The notes: a model not told the origin generated them from the sequence alone. A stretch of DNA of 64,000 nt from an uncultured Flavobacteriales bacterium (GCA_903873905.1 CAIQQJ010000145.1:10439-74438); one strand, 5' to 3'; positions 49,356 to 60,516 are shown, counted from the stretch's first letter. Made by a program: numbers and translations.

Positions 49356-52031
49356 ATGGCCGAAAAGGAACCTGAGAAGAAAACAAACAAACTCCGAAAC
49401 GAAGTAAAAGACCGTGTGGAGAGAAAACCTGTTTCGCTTACTGATATTGAAGAGCCGATAGAAAAGAAAGTCGAGAAAAATTCTTCAAAAAAATCAACAT
49501 CGGAAAAAATCAATTCCATAAAAGAGGAATCGAAAGATGAGAAGAATCCTTCAACAGATTCTGTTCAGAAAAAAACTGAAAAAAAATCACCAAAACCTCC
49601 ACGTGTCAATCCAGTTTCTGCATTCATTCAGCGCATTCGAGAAAATGAAAGACTGCATAAACTTACTGGGGCTTTTCTTCTTTTCATCGTAACACCCTAT
49701 CTCGCCGTAGCTTTTGCTTCTTACTTTTTCACTTGGCAGGCAGACCAGGACAAAGTGATGGGGCCATTGGGAACATTGTTTCTCTCCGACGTTCATGTAG
49801 ACAATATTCTCGGAAAATTCGGCGCACTCATTTCACATTTTTTCATTCACAATTGTTTTGGCGCAACCTCCTTTTTCTTCCCATTAATCTCTTTTGTTGC
49901 AGGATTAAGATTACTCACTGAAATAAAAATCCTGCCTATTGGAAAAACTTTTCGTCTAGGATTATTTTTCATGCTCTTCGGTTCTGTCGCACTTGGATTT
50001 ATTTTTCGCGATGCCTTTTTTTATATCGGAGGCGTGTTCGGATTTGAAGTCAGTTCTTACTTGAATGAAGTTGTTGGTCCACTTGGAACAGGATTTTTAT
50101 TGTTTTTTGTTTTTCTTTCCTGGCTAATAATTTCTTTCAATGTTTCTTTCAAGCTTTTTTCAAAAAAGCCTTTACCTGTTGTGTTGGATGAAACTATTAT
50201 TGAGGAACCGCTTGAATTGCGCAACACGCTTTTAACAAATGAAGAAGACGAAGAAAACATTGACCCATCAGAAGTTCCCGAACCTATCTTGGTAAATCCT
50301 ATTGATGAAATTGATAATGGTGAATGGGACAAAGTGGTTGCAGAAAAAGTGATTCCAAATCCAACCATTGTTCCAGTCGAAACAGTGACTACTGATTTAA
50401 CTTCCGGAGGCGACATTCAATTTACAGTTGAGAAAAAAGAAGAAGGAGGAGAATTAAGTGCAGATGAAATTGGCGCAAAGGCAGAAGATCTCGTCCGTGA
50501 ATTTGGTGAGTATGACCCAACACTTGATCTTTCAGGATATCAGTTCCCTCCTATTGATTTATTGGAAAGTTATGGTGGCGGAAAAGAGCCTAATGTAAAT
50601 ACAGAAGAGCTTACACTGAACAAAAATCGAATCGTTGAGACACTTGGAAATTATGGAATCGCCATTGACAAAATCAAGGCAACCATTGGGCCAACGGTAA
50701 CACTTTACGAAATTATTCCTGCCGCAGGAGTTCGTATTTCCAAAATAAAAAACCTTGAGGATGACATCGCATTGAGTTTATCCGCATTGGGAATTCGAAT
50801 CATTGCTCCTATCCCTGGAAAAGGAACAATCGGAATTGAGGTCCCAAATTTGAATCCAGAAATGGTTCCAATGCGCCATTTAATGGCTTCGGAAAAATTC
50901 CAGAATACAGGATTTGATTTGCCGGTTGCATTGGGAAAAACAATTTCAAACGAAATTTTCATTGCAGATTTGGCGAAAATGCCCCATTTATTGATGGCGG
51001 GAGCAACAGGACAAGGGAAATCTGTTGGATTGAATGCAATTCTAGTTTCACTTCTTTATAAAAAACATCCTGCGCAAATAAAATTTGTTCTCGTTGATCC
51101 GAAAAAAGTGGAATTGACATTATTCAACAAGATTGAAAGACATTTCCTTGCAAAACTTCCAGATTCTGCTGAAGCAATTATTACGGATACAAAAAAAGTA
51201 GTGCACACTTTAAATTCGTTGTGCATTGAAATGGATTCTAGGTACGATTTATTGAAAGATGCTGAAGTCAGAAATATCAAGGAATACAACGCTAAATTTA
51301 TCCAACGAAAATTAAATCCGAACAATGGGCACAAGTATTTGCCTTACATCGTTCTTGTTGTCGATGAGTTTGCCGATTTAATCATGACTGCAGGTAAAGA
51401 AGTGGAAGCTCCAATAGCAAGACTTGCGCAATTGGCACGTGCGATAGGAATTCATTTGATCATTGCTACACAAAGACCTTCGGTAAATATTATTACAGGA
51501 ACAATTAAGGCCAATTTCCCTTCGAGAATTGCTTTCCGTGTCACTTCAAGAATCGACTCGAGAACCATTCTTGATTCAGGTGGTGCGGAACAATTAATTG
51601 GTAAAGGCGACATGCTTTATTCCACTGGTAACGATTTAATTCGCTTACAATGTGCTTTTGTGGATACGCCTGAAGTTGAAAAAATCACTTCATTTATTGG
51701 CGGACAGAAAGGTTATCCTGAAGCTTTCCAATTGCCAGAATTTATTGATGAAAATGAAACCAAACTGGAAATTGATGACGGCGATCGCGACTCCTTATTC
51801 GAAGATGCTGCACGAATAATTGTTAGTCACCAACAAGGCTCTGCTTCTTTGCTTCAACGGAAACTAAAACTCGGGTACAATAGAGCGGGCAGAATTGTAG
51901 ATCAATTGGAAGCAGCAGGAATAATTGGGCAATTTGAAGGAAGTAAAGCAAGAGAAGTTTTAATCAAGGATCCTGTGACACTTGAGGAGAAACTTGCGGC
52001 CATGGCCAACAAGAAAAATGACCTTTTTTGA
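49356..52031 (+). CDS. ftsK: DNA translocase FtsK
   Basis: N-terminal TMs; PHLLMAGATGQGKS; DEFADL; ATQRPS; gamma domain LQRKLKLGYNRAGR. Confidence 0.98.
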   Translation: MAEKEPEKKTNKLRNEVKDRVERKPVSLTDIEEPIEKKVEKNSSKKSTSEKINSIKEESKDEKNPSTDSVQKKTEKKSPKPPRVNPVSAFIQRIRENERLHKLTGAFLLFIVTPYLAVAFASYFFTWQADQDKVMGPLGTLFLSDVHVDNILGKFGALISHFFIHNCFGATSFFFPLISFVAGLRLLTEIKILPIGKTFRLGLFFMLFGSVALGFIFRDAFFYIGGVFGFEVSSYLNEVVGPLGTGFLLFFVFLSWLIISFNVSFKLFSKKPLPVVLDETIIEEPLELRNTLLTNEEDEENIDPSEVPEPILVNPIDEIDNGEWDKVVAEKVIPNPTIVPVETVTTDLTSGGDIQFTVEKKEEGGELSADEIGAKAEDLVREFGEYDPTLDLSGYQFPPIDLLESYGGGKEPNVNTEELTLNKNRIVETLGNYGIAIDKIKATIGPTVTLYEIIPAAGVRISKIKNLEDDIALSLSALGIRIIAPIPGKGTIGIEVPNLNPEMVPMRHLMASEKFQNTGFDLPVALGKTISNEIFIADLAKMPHLLMAGATGQGKSVGLNAILVSLLYKKHPAQIKFVLVDPKKVELTLFNKIERHFLAKLPDSAEAIITDTKKVVHTLNSLCIEMDSRYDLLKDAEVRNIKEYNAKFIQRKLNPNNGHKYLPYIVLVVDEFADLIMTAGKEVEAPIARLAQLARAIGIHLIIATQRPSVNIITGTIKANFPSRIAFRVTSRIDSRTILDSGGAEQLIGKGDMLYSTGNDLIRLQCAFVDTPEVEKITSFIGGQKGYPEAFQLPEFIDENETKLEIDDGDRDSLFEDAARIIVSHQQGSASLLQRKLKLGYNRAGRIVDQLEAAGIIGQFEGSKAREVLIKDPVTLEEKLAAMANKKNDLF

Positions 52032-52153
52032 GTTAACGGATAAACCTTGAATCTCAGTGGTTTCAATTACCGGTTTTACTAGAAATCCAAACAAACTAGT
52101 GGTTTCGTATCTTTGGAACGCTTTTTGAAAGTACCGACTAAACAACACTACCA

Positions 52154-52873
52154 ATGACCATGAAGCCTTTTATTAAATCACTCTTTGCAATCCCCATTTT
52201 CCTTCTTGTTTTTCCAACAATAACAAAAGCCCAGGATCCAAATTACGATCCGAAAGCAAAACTTATTCTGGATGACGTAAGCAAAACGGCAAAAGCCTAC
52301 ACTACTATTACCGCCACTTTTTCAATTACCATAAAAAAAGCGGACAATACTTCTGATGTGAAAAATGGAAGTATCATAATGAAAAGTGGCAAGTATAAAA
52401 TCACCTTGGAAAACAAAGTGAAAGAGGTGATCAAAAAAGAGGAATACTATAACGATGGAAAAACAACTTGGGTATATAGCGAAAAGGACAAAGAGGTAAA
52501 TGTTGACAATTTTGATCCCAACAAAAAGAAGACGGAGAACTCCATTTCCCCAAATGATATTTTCACCATTCATGAAAAAGGTTTCAAGTACAAATTCATT
52601 AAGGAAGAAATACAAAATGGCAAAACGGTTCAATTGATAGATTTATACCCTGAAAAACCAGACAAAAAAAATTATCACACCGTAAAACTGACGATTGACA
52701 AAGTGAAAAAACAAATCATCAATGTTGTTTTTCTCAATAAGGACGGAAGTACTACTACCTACACAGTAAAAACATTCACACCAAATCTTGACGTTCCCGA
52801 TAGCACTTTTCAATTTGACATAAAAACACACCCAGGTGTTTCCGTTATTGATTTGCGTGATGATGGAAAATAA
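52154..52873 (+). CDS. lolA: Outer-membrane lipoprotein carrier LolA
   Basis: Follows ftsK; G...MK..KY...DGKT.W.Y.....EV...F.F...P....IDLR. Confidence 0.88.
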   Translation: MTMKPFIKSLFAIPIFLLVFPTITKAQDPNYDPKAKLILDDVSKTAKAYTTITATFSITIKKADNTSDVKNGSIIMKSGKYKITLENKVKEVIKKEEYYNDGKTTWVYSEKDKEVNVDNFDPNKKKTENSISPNDIFTIHEKGFKYKFIKEEIQNGKTVQLIDLYPEKPDKKNYHTVKLTIDKVKKQIINVVFLNKDGSTTTYTVKTFTPNLDVPDSTFQFDIKTHPGVSVIDLRDDGK

Positions 52874-52903
52874 GGATTGTTGATTTTAGATTATTTATTT
52901 GAT

Positions 52904-52934
52904 AAATGGGCATTGCTGTAAACGTGCCCATTTT
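52904..52934 (+). terminator. Intrinsic terminator
   Basis: AAATGGGCA...TGCCCATTTT. Confidence 0.6.
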
Positions 52935-53062
52935 CATTATTTTAACATTCCTATTTAAAAACACCATCTGCACACCTACTTAATGACTGTTTTAACCGGC
53001 ATTATTCATACTAATGGAATCATAATCTTATCTTTGGCTTTCCAAAAAATCATTCGCTTCTT

Positions 53063-54121
53063 TTGAAATTCAACAAACTATTTTTCTTTCTTGTTTCAGG
53101 ATTATTTATTTCCGCTACCATAGCAGGCCAAACGCTTACTGCAAATGCTGGAAATAACACAATGATTTGCCCTGGCACCACTTATACGGTTGGAGGAACT
53201 CCAACTGCAACAGGCGGAATTCCTCCATACACTTATCACTGGACTCCTAATGTGAATATCAGTAATGTCAATGTTGCCAATCCTATTGTGAATCCAGCAG
53301 TCCCAACTTGGTATTTTGTAAGAGTAACTGATTCGACCGGTGCTTCAAAAACCGATTCTGTTGGAGTAGATTTAAATCCAGTTTATGCATATGATGGAGG
53401 AATGGACACTTCAATTTGTATTGGAGGAACTGCAACCATTGGTGGGATTCATAACAGTTTAACAGGTGGAGTTACTTATTCTTGGACACCGGGAACTGCT
53501 TTATCAAGTACAACTGCACCAAATCCAATTTCAACAACAACTGTTACAATTACTTACTCCGTTACCATTACAAGTCCTGCTTGTCCGAGCAAATCTTTTA
53601 TGGTTACTGTAACGGTGAATCCACTTCCAACAATTAGTGCTTGTTGCCCAGCAACCATTTTGGAAGGAGAATCAGTAACATTAACTGCCACTGGTGGCGT
53701 TCTGTATTATTGGACTCCAGGAAGTACCATTTCAAATCAAAGTGCTTCACCAACTACAGCAGAACCCATTACCACAACAACTTATTTTGTTATTGGTGAA
53801 GATGCGAATAGTTGTCAAAATTGGGATACTGTTACCATAAATGTAATACCAAGTTCCGAAATCATTTTTTACAATACATTTTCACCAAATGGAGATGGAA
53901 TCAATGACTATTTCTATATCGGAAATGCATATAAATATCCTGCTTGCAGATTAGAAGTCTATTCCCGAACAGGTCAATTGGTTTATGCCAAAACCGGTTA
54001 TGATAATTTGTGGGATGGAACAAATTACGGAGACAAACTACCGGAAGCGACTTATTATTTCAGGTTTGATCCCGGTGATGGAACCGCAACAAAATTTGGA
54101 AACGTCACAATCGTCCGATGA
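53063..54121 (+). CDS. T9SS type B (gliding-motility-associated C-terminal domain) protein
   Basis: ANAG/YSW.P Ig-like repeats; NTFSPNGDGIND.F...WDGT...LPEATYY...G.VTIVR. Confidence 0.92.
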   Translation: MKFNKLFFFLVSGLFISATIAGQTLTANAGNNTMICPGTTYTVGGTPTATGGIPPYTYHWTPNVNISNVNVANPIVNPAVPTWYFVRVTDSTGASKTDSVGVDLNPVYAYDGGMDTSICIGGTATIGGIHNSLTGGVTYSWTPGTALSSTTAPNPISTTTVTITYSVTITSPACPSKSFMVTVTVNPLPTISACCPATILEGESVTLTATGGVLYYWTPGSTISNQSASPTTAEPITTTTYFVIGEDANSCQNWDTVTINVIPSSEIIFYNTFSPNGDGINDYFYIGNAYKYPACRLEVYSRTGQLVYAKTGYDNLWDGTNYGDKLPEATYYFRFDPGDGTATKFGNVTIVR

Positions 54122-55083
54122 AAAAGAACTCTTTCCTACTTATTTCTTTCTTCAGTTTCATTGCAATTAATTTTTGCTTTGGACAACAATTGCCAGATTA
54201 CACACAATATCCTTCTATGTTATGGCAATTAAATCCTGCCTACACAGGAACAAAATCGAATATTGATGCGCGGATTAATTATCGCAAGCAATGGGTTGGA
54301 TATGATGGCGCTCCTGTGACGCAATTCGCTGGCTTGAGTAGCCGTTTATGGAAAGGCAGAATCGGAGTTGGCGCAACAATGTATAAAGATGTTACTGGGC
54401 CTTCTGAAAGATCGAATTACGGATTTACAGCAGCCTATCATCTTCGTTTCCCTGATGTGGAATTTTCAATTGGAATGGGTGTTAATTTCAACAAATACAC
54501 CATCAATGGACCGATGATGACCACACATTGGACAGGTGATCCGGCGGTTGACATTTCAGTTGTTGATTATGATAAAACTAAGAATGCAATGGCCGGCCTT
54601 TTACTTTACAACGACCGTTTTCATTTCGGACTAGGTGTTGTAAATATTGCTGATAATAAAGCACAGTTTTATATTGCTGATACCGCTAAATACAGTCAGG
54701 TAACTTTTGCGCAACATTTCTATTTTACGTGTGGTTATAATTTCAACGCCAATCCTGCTTTTGTATGGGAAAATAATTTAATGGCCCTTTATGTTTCAGG
54801 ACTTCCTATGACAATAAATTACAACTTGCGCGTTCATTACAAGGAAAAAATTATTGCTGGCGCAGGTTGGAGATTGAAGGATGATATTTATTTGCAAGCT
54901 GGATATGTTTTCCTAAAAAGTATTCAATTGTTGTACTCCTACGATATTGGAATTTCTAATTTACAAAAAGGGCATTCTGGTTCGCATGAGGTAATGATTG
55001 GCTACAGATGGGATTTGCATGCTCAGAAGGGAAATTATAAAGGATTTCAAGATTTCCAGAAACAGAGATATCATATTTTCTAA
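54118..55083 (+). CDS. PorP/SprF-family T9SS membrane protein
   Basis: QQ.P.YTQY....LNPAY.G...YRKQW.G..GAP...YSYD...GSHE; overlaps the type B cargo gene. Confidence 0.93.
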   Translation: MKKNSFLLISFFSFIAINFCFGQQLPDYTQYPSMLWQLNPAYTGTKSNIDARINYRKQWVGYDGAPVTQFAGLSSRLWKGRIGVGATMYKDVTGPSERSNYGFTAAYHLRFPDVEFSIGMGVNFNKYTINGPMMTTHWTGDPAVDISVVDYDKTKNAMAGLLLYNDRFHFGLGVVNIADNKAQFYIADTAKYSQVTFAQHFYFTCGYNFNANPAFVWENNLMALYVSGLPMTINYNLRVHYKEKIIAGAGWRLKDDIYLQAGYVFLKSIQLLYSYDIGISNLQKGHSGSHEVMIGYRWDLHAQKGNYKGFQDFQKQRYHIF

Positions 55084-55142
55084 AAAATCAGATTCAAAAT
55101 AATAGATCCTGAATTATCATTTGGTATTTACAATCTGAATTC

Positions 55143-55913
55143 TCACTCAACAATTTGGTATTTCGTTGCGGCAACTTCTCGAGTGCAGGAATTAAAATGC
55201 CACCACTCCGTTTGTATTCCAAAAAATCCGGCGCTACGCATCACATTTCTGAGCGTTTGACGATTACTAATTTCATTTTTAGTTAATTCTCCCGTAGCAA
55301 GAAATTCCTGCTCTTTAATTGGATGCGCTTTTTCACCGAAAAAATCAAATGGCGTTCCCATATCCAATTGCATTCCATTTTCATCAACAATACTAATATC
55401 AACCGCCGCACCATAATTGTGAAGTGAGAAATGTTTTGGGTTGGATAAATATTTTATTTTTTCTCCAGGAGGTAACGCAATGGTGTCCCACATTTTTTGT
55501 TGAATATGCAATGGTCGTACAGCATCAAAAACCACCAATGAATAAGTTGGAAATTTAGTTTTGAGATACTTTTCCGCAGCGACAAGTTTAATGGCCACAT
55601 CCTGCTGCAAAAAACATTTATCAAAATTGCCATAAACATCAAGTCCAATAAAATTATCCAATGTTGAATATTTTAGGTCCACATTAATGGATGAGTCCAA
55701 ATCGTGGATATTGACCAAACCCAAAGCACGTAGTTGCTTTTCAAGATCAGAAACAATCCCAACAACGGAATCAGACTTGACCGTATACACACTATCGTAT
55801 TTCGTCAATCTTTTTGAAGAGTCGATAATTACCAATGGCTTTTTCACTGGAGGATTTCCACCACAGCCTGTTATAATAATTACCAGGACTAGAAAAATTT
55901 GTATTCGAATCAC
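55143..55913 (-). CDS. D-alanyl-D-alanine dipeptidase (M15D, VanX/DdpX-like) lipoprotein
   Basis: DLKY.T.DNF, FDAVRP, SLHNYGAAVD, DMGTPFD and EWWHF motifs. GTG at 55913 gives a lipobox (ITGC) and follows a TACATTTG box. Confidence 0.9.
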   Translation of the reverse strand: MIRIQIFLVLVIIITGCGGNPPVKKPLVIIDSSKRLTKYDSVYTVKSDSVVGIVSDLEKQLRALGLVNIHDLDSSINVDLKYSTLDNFIGLDVYGNFDKCFLQQDVAIKLVAAEKYLKTKFPTYSLVVFDAVRPLHIQQKMWDTIALPPGEKIKYLSNPKHFSLHNYGAAVDISIVDENGMQLDMGTPFDFFGEKAHPIKEQEFLATGELTKNEISNRQTLRNVMRSAGFFGIQTEWWHFNSCTREVAATKYQIVE

Positions 55914-56063
55914 ACGCAAATGTAGGAAGGACTTGGGACAGGTGAAGGAGCAGGTCCCTCCTAGTACCTGAATAGCCATTCACCCCTTTATTAAGCCGTT
56001 CACAAAAGGATCGATTTCCGTACCTCGATTATGCCTATTTTCGAGGCTCAAATCCAAAAAAAA

Positions 56064-58112
56064 ATGAAACGTCAAACTCTTATTCTTGGACTTTTGCTTG
56101 GTGCGGGTATTTGTACTCTAGCATTTAAGGAAAACATCAATGCTGATGGAACCTTTAAAGCAATCGATCTTTCTAATTTCAATACAACCGTTCGCGCGCA
56201 GGACGATTTTTATGAATATGTAAATGGCAATTGGATAAAAAACAATCCGATTCCTGCTACTGAAACCAGCTGGGGAAACTTTAATGTGCTGCACGAAAAA
56301 AGTCAGAAAGCGCTTCGTGCCATTTGTGAAGAAGCTGCAAATAATAAAACTTCTGCAGCAGGATCAAATGATCAGAAAATCGGAGACTTTTTTGCATCCG
56401 GCATGGATTCTATTTCTATTGAAAATGAAAAATTCACTCCAATTCAACCGCTGATTGACAAGATCAACCAGATGAAAACGAGTGCTGACATCACAACTAC
56501 GCTTGCTGAATTGCACAAAATTCAAACCTCTGCAGGTTTTGGATTTTATGTTATGGCCGACATGAAAGACAGCAAAGTGAACATGCCTTATCTTTTCCAA
56601 TCTGGAACAGGTTTACCTGAAAAGGATTATTATTTCAATGATGAGCTGAAAATGTTCCGCGAAGGATATCAGAAACATCTTGGAAATATGTTCAAGTTGA
56701 TGGGTGACAACGAAGCCAATTCAAATTTGAACGCAACAAAAGTTTTCAGTTTTGAAAAGCAACTTGCTGATTCATCCATGTCAGCTGTTGAAATGCGCGA
56801 CCAGGAAAAGCAATACAACAAAATGAGTATGGCCGATCTCAAAAAACTTTGTCCAAATTTTGATTGGGCAGTTTACTTCAAAACATTGGGAGCTCCGGAT
56901 ATGGCAAACATCATCGTTTCTCAACCTGCTTTCATGCGTCAATTCAACTCCATGATTGCAACTGAACCGATTGAAGCCTGGAAAGCCTATTTCCGTTGGC
57001 AATTGATTCGTTCTTGTGCACCAAAATTGCACAAGGCTGTATGTGATGAAAATTTTAATTTTTATGGAACTGTTTTATCCGGTGCGCAAAAACAAAATCC
57101 AAGATGGAAAAGAGTCCTGTCTACAACTGACGGTGCGCTTGGTGAAGCGGTCGGACAATTATATGTTGCAAGAAATTTTTCAGAAGAATCAAAAAAACGT
57201 GTGAATATTATGGTGGACAATTTAATGGCCGCCTATACCGAAAGAATCAAATCGCGTGATTGGATGAGTGAAGCAACCAAAACAGCTGCACTTACCAAAC
57301 TTGGAACTATTTTGCGCAAACTTGGTTATCCAGACAAATGGCGTGATTATTCAGGATTGATGATCAATCGTAAATCATACGTATTGAATTTTCTTCACTC
57401 CAATACGTTTGATGTTGAATATAACATCTCAAAATTAAAAGAACCAGTTGATCGTATGGAATGGGGAATGACTCCTGCAACGATTAATGCCTATTACAAT
57501 CCTTCCAACAATGAAATCGTTTTCCCTGCTGGAATCATGCAAACTCCTTTTTTCGACGCGCGAGCAGATGATGCGGTGAATTATGGTGGAATGGGTGCTA
57601 TTATCGGTCACGAATTAACTCATGGTTTTGATGATCAAGGTTCAATGTTTGATTCTGAAGGAAACATGAAAAACTGGTGGACCTCAGAAGACACCAAGAA
57701 TTTCCAAGCACGAACAAAAAAACTCGTTGACCAATTCAGTGCATTTGTTGTTATTGACAGCATGAATCTTCATGTAAATGGTGAATTGACATTAGGAGAA
57801 AATATCGCTGACTTGGGTGGATTGACAATTGCTTATTTCGCATACAAACATTCACTTATCGGAAAACCTGCTCCTGCGAAAATAGATGGATTTACAGGAG
57901 AGCAACGCTTCTTTATTTCATGGGCGCAATCATGGCGTAACAGCATGCGTCAGAAATCCCTCATTAATCAGGTGAAAACAAATCCACATTCTCCAGCTAA
58001 ATTCCGTGTGTTAGGACCACTTTCCAACATTCAGGAGTTTTATGATGCATTTGACATTAAACCAACCGACAAAATGTACCGTAAGCCAGAAGACAGAGTA
58101 CTGATCTGGTAA
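56064..58112 (+). CDS. M13-family metallopeptidase (PepO/neprilysin-like)
   Basis: DDFY.YVNG.W, NAYY, GHELTHGFDDQG, GENIADLGG and HSP..R motifs. Confidence 0.96.
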   Translation: MKRQTLILGLLLGAGICTLAFKENINADGTFKAIDLSNFNTTVRAQDDFYEYVNGNWIKNNPIPATETSWGNFNVLHEKSQKALRAICEEAANNKTSAAGSNDQKIGDFFASGMDSISIENEKFTPIQPLIDKINQMKTSADITTTLAELHKIQTSAGFGFYVMADMKDSKVNMPYLFQSGTGLPEKDYYFNDELKMFREGYQKHLGNMFKLMGDNEANSNLNATKVFSFEKQLADSSMSAVEMRDQEKQYNKMSMADLKKLCPNFDWAVYFKTLGAPDMANIIVSQPAFMRQFNSMIATEPIEAWKAYFRWQLIRSCAPKLHKAVCDENFNFYGTVLSGAQKQNPRWKRVLSTTDGALGEAVGQLYVARNFSEESKKRVNIMVDNLMAAYTERIKSRDWMSEATKTAALTKLGTILRKLGYPDKWRDYSGLMINRKSYVLNFLHSNTFDVEYNISKLKEPVDRMEWGMTPATINAYYNPSNNEIVFPAGIMQTPFFDARADDAVNYGGMGAIIGHELTHGFDDQGSMFDSEGNMKNWWTSEDTKNFQARTKKLVDQFSAFVVIDSMNLHVNGELTLGENIADLGGLTIAYFAYKHSLIGKPAPAKIDGFTGEQRFFISWAQSWRNSMRQKSLINQVKTNPHSPAKFRVLGPLSNIQEFYDAFDIKPTDKMYRKPEDRVLIW

Positions 58113-58133
58113 GAGATCGTCTTAAATTTGAGA

Positions 58134-58170
58134 GAACCCGTTCATAAAAGAGCGGGTTTTTCTTTTTTTT
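58134..58170 (+). terminator. Intrinsic terminator
   Basis: GAACCCGTTC...GAGCGGGTTT followed by a T run. Confidence 0.75.
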
Positions 58171-58342
58171 GTTCAATGGCTCTTTGGCTGCATTAGTCAG
58201 AAATTGAGAATTTTCGGCTATTTAAAATTTTAATTAACCGAAAACGACCATATAAAACATAGGTTAACTTGTCGCAAACCACCCGTCAATTGCCACTTTT
58301 CCTAGTATCTTTGCGCCCATTCAAAACAAGTACAATTTATCA

Positions 58343-60274
58343 ATGGACAGGAAATCGATTATAGGCTTTATTCTCATCGCAGTAATTCTTACTGTATGGA
58401 TGACGATTAATTCGAACAATAACGCGAAAGAAGCCATCGTTCTCAAGCACACACAGGACTCGCTTGCGAAACTTGATTCTTCACAACGCGCAGTGGATGC
58501 CGTTAGAACAAAACGTATTGCCGATAGCATGATGGCTATTGTAGCAAAGGATACAACACTAAGTCTTGATTCAGTTGTTGCAGCAAAACACGATCAAGTT
58601 TTGGGAGTTTTTAAAGCCGCGACTACTGGGGAAAATAAAACCCTTGTCATTCAGAATGAAAAACTGAAAGCCACCATTTATCCATTGGGAGGAAGAATTG
58701 GTCAAGTTGAATTGAAAGGAATCAAAACATCTTCCGGAAAACCTTTAATCCTTTTCAGAAGCGATTCCACACATTTCGGACTGGCTTTTTTTGATAAACA
58801 GCGTAGACGTTTCAGTACTGATTCACTTTATTTCCGAACCGCTGGCAAAGAATTTTCTGTAAGTGGAAATGATTCAAATTCCATTGCCTTCAGATTATAT
58901 TCCGACAGTTCAACGGATGCTCATCCAATTTACATCGAGTACCTCTACTCTCTTCGTGGAAATTCATACATGCTCGGATGCGCTATTTCATTTGTTGGAT
59001 TCAATGAAGTTTTCCCTAGCGATCAATCTTATGTAGATCTGAATTGGGGAATGAATACACCTGCTCAGGAAAAAAACATTGACAATGAACGTCAAGTTGC
59101 TTCTGTGTTTTACAATTTTGATGGTGAAGAAGGAATTGAAAATTTAAAAGAAAGTGGTAATGAAAACAAATCACTCACAACAGGTGAAATAAAATGGGTA
59201 TCGTTCAAGCAACAATATTTTTCATCGATCCTTATTGCCAACACAAAATTTGCCAGTGGATCTGAGTTAAGCGTAAGAACACCTTTAGATCCTTTCACTG
59301 TCAAAGCGATGAACACAACTCTTTCAATTCCTTTTGGAAGAACTGCAAAAGAAACTTTCCCTATGCGCTTTTATTTCGGACCAAATAAGTTTTCCGAATT
59401 AAAATCACACAACCTACATCTTGAACGTGAAATAAATTTGGGAAGCAGCATTTTCGGTTGGTTGAATCGTTATGTTTTTGTTCCACTTTTCGCTTTTCTA
59501 GGAGCTCATTTTGCGAGTTATGGTCTTGTCATTCTTCTCCTGACCATCATCGTGAAAATTGTTTTATTCCCAATTGCATACAAATCGTTTTTGTCTGCTG
59601 CGAAAATGAGGGTGATGAAACCGGAGATTGATGAGATCAATGAGAAATTTGGAAAAGAAGATCCGATGAAAAAACAGCAAGCCACCATGGCGCTGTATAA
59701 AAAAGCGGGAATTAATCCTGCTGCGGGTTGTATTCCATTATTGTTGCAAATTCCAATTCTCTTTACGCTCATCCGACTTTTCCCTGCTGCGTATGAATTG
59801 CGTCAACAACCATTTCTTTGGGCAACCGATCTTTCCACGTATGATTCTGTTTGGGATTTCGGTTTCAATATTCCAATGTATGGTGACCACATGAGTTTGT
59901 TTGCATTACTCATGACCGTTTCAACAATTCTTTATACATGGATGAATCAACAGATGCTAACACCTGGCAGCACACAAATGCCAGGAATGAAATGGCTGAT
60001 TTATTTGATGCCGGTATTCTTCTTGTTTGCACTGAATAAATATTCATCGGCACTGAGTTATTACTACTTCGTAAGTAACATCATCACCTTCGGTCAAATG
60101 TGGCTCATGCGTCGTTATGTGGATCATGATGCGATTCGTGCAAAGATTGACCAGCATAAATTGAAACCTGTGAAACAATCAGGATTCATGCAACGCCTCG
60201 AACAAGCACAACGTCAACGCATGGAACAAGTAAAGAAGCAGCAAGGAACCAGCAATAAAGGGAAGAAAAAATGA
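58343..60274 (+). CDS. yidC: Membrane protein insertase YidC
   Basis: MDRKSIIG..LI; YFGP; S.AKM...KPE; LY.KAG.NP..GC.P...Q.P; FLW..DLS. -7 box TATCTTTG at 58306. Confidence 0.97.
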   Translation: MDRKSIIGFILIAVILTVWMTINSNNNAKEAIVLKHTQDSLAKLDSSQRAVDAVRTKRIADSMMAIVAKDTTLSLDSVVAAKHDQVLGVFKAATTGENKTLVIQNEKLKATIYPLGGRIGQVELKGIKTSSGKPLILFRSDSTHFGLAFFDKQRRRFSTDSLYFRTAGKEFSVSGNDSNSIAFRLYSDSSTDAHPIYIEYLYSLRGNSYMLGCAISFVGFNEVFPSDQSYVDLNWGMNTPAQEKNIDNERQVASVFYNFDGEEGIENLKESGNENKSLTTGEIKWVSFKQQYFSSILIANTKFASGSELSVRTPLDPFTVKAMNTTLSIPFGRTAKETFPMRFYFGPNKFSELKSHNLHLEREINLGSSIFGWLNRYVFVPLFAFLGAHFASYGLVILLLTIIVKIVLFPIAYKSFLSAAKMRVMKPEIDEINEKFGKEDPMKKQQATMALYKKAGINPAAGCIPLLLQIPILFTLIRLFPAAYELRQQPFLWATDLSTYDSVWDFGFNIPMYGDHMSLFALLMTVSTILYTWMNQQMLTPGSTQMPGMKWLIYLMPVFFLFALNKYSSALSYYYFVSNIITFGQMWLMRRYVDHDAIRAKIDQHKLKPVKQSGFMQRLEQAQRQRMEQVKKQQGTSNKGKKK

Positions 60275-60323
60275 TGAATTGATGTGCAGATTTCAGATGT
60301 GCAGATCAGCAATATAAAATTAG

Positions 60324-60352
60324 AACAGCTTCAGAAATGGGGCTGTTTTTTT
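60324..60352 (+). terminator. Intrinsic terminator after yidC
   Basis: AACAGCTTCA-GAAA-TGGGGCTGTT followed by a T run. Confidence 0.75.
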
Positions 60353-60516
60353 GTTGGAAAATCAATTAATTCATTTGGGCGTGTCCCCAATCCCTCACGC
60401 AAAACTATAATGGAAAAAATCAACTGAAAATCAATTTTCACTTTGTAGCAATTAAATGCCAACGAAATAAATCCAACAGCACATCAGCATAACGAAAAAA
60501 CAGCACATCATTTTTA

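Noticed and set aside
55143-55913. Vancomycin-resistance vanX
   Set aside because: Stand-alone lipoprotein D-Ala-D-Ala dipeptidase with no vanH/vanA/vanRS nearby.
55923-55990. GC-rich hairpin with CAGG...GAAGGAGCAG resembling the SRP RNA core
   Set aside because: The apical stem between CAGG and AGCAG is too short and there is no long closing helix. It lies in the divergent promoter region of two peptidase genes.
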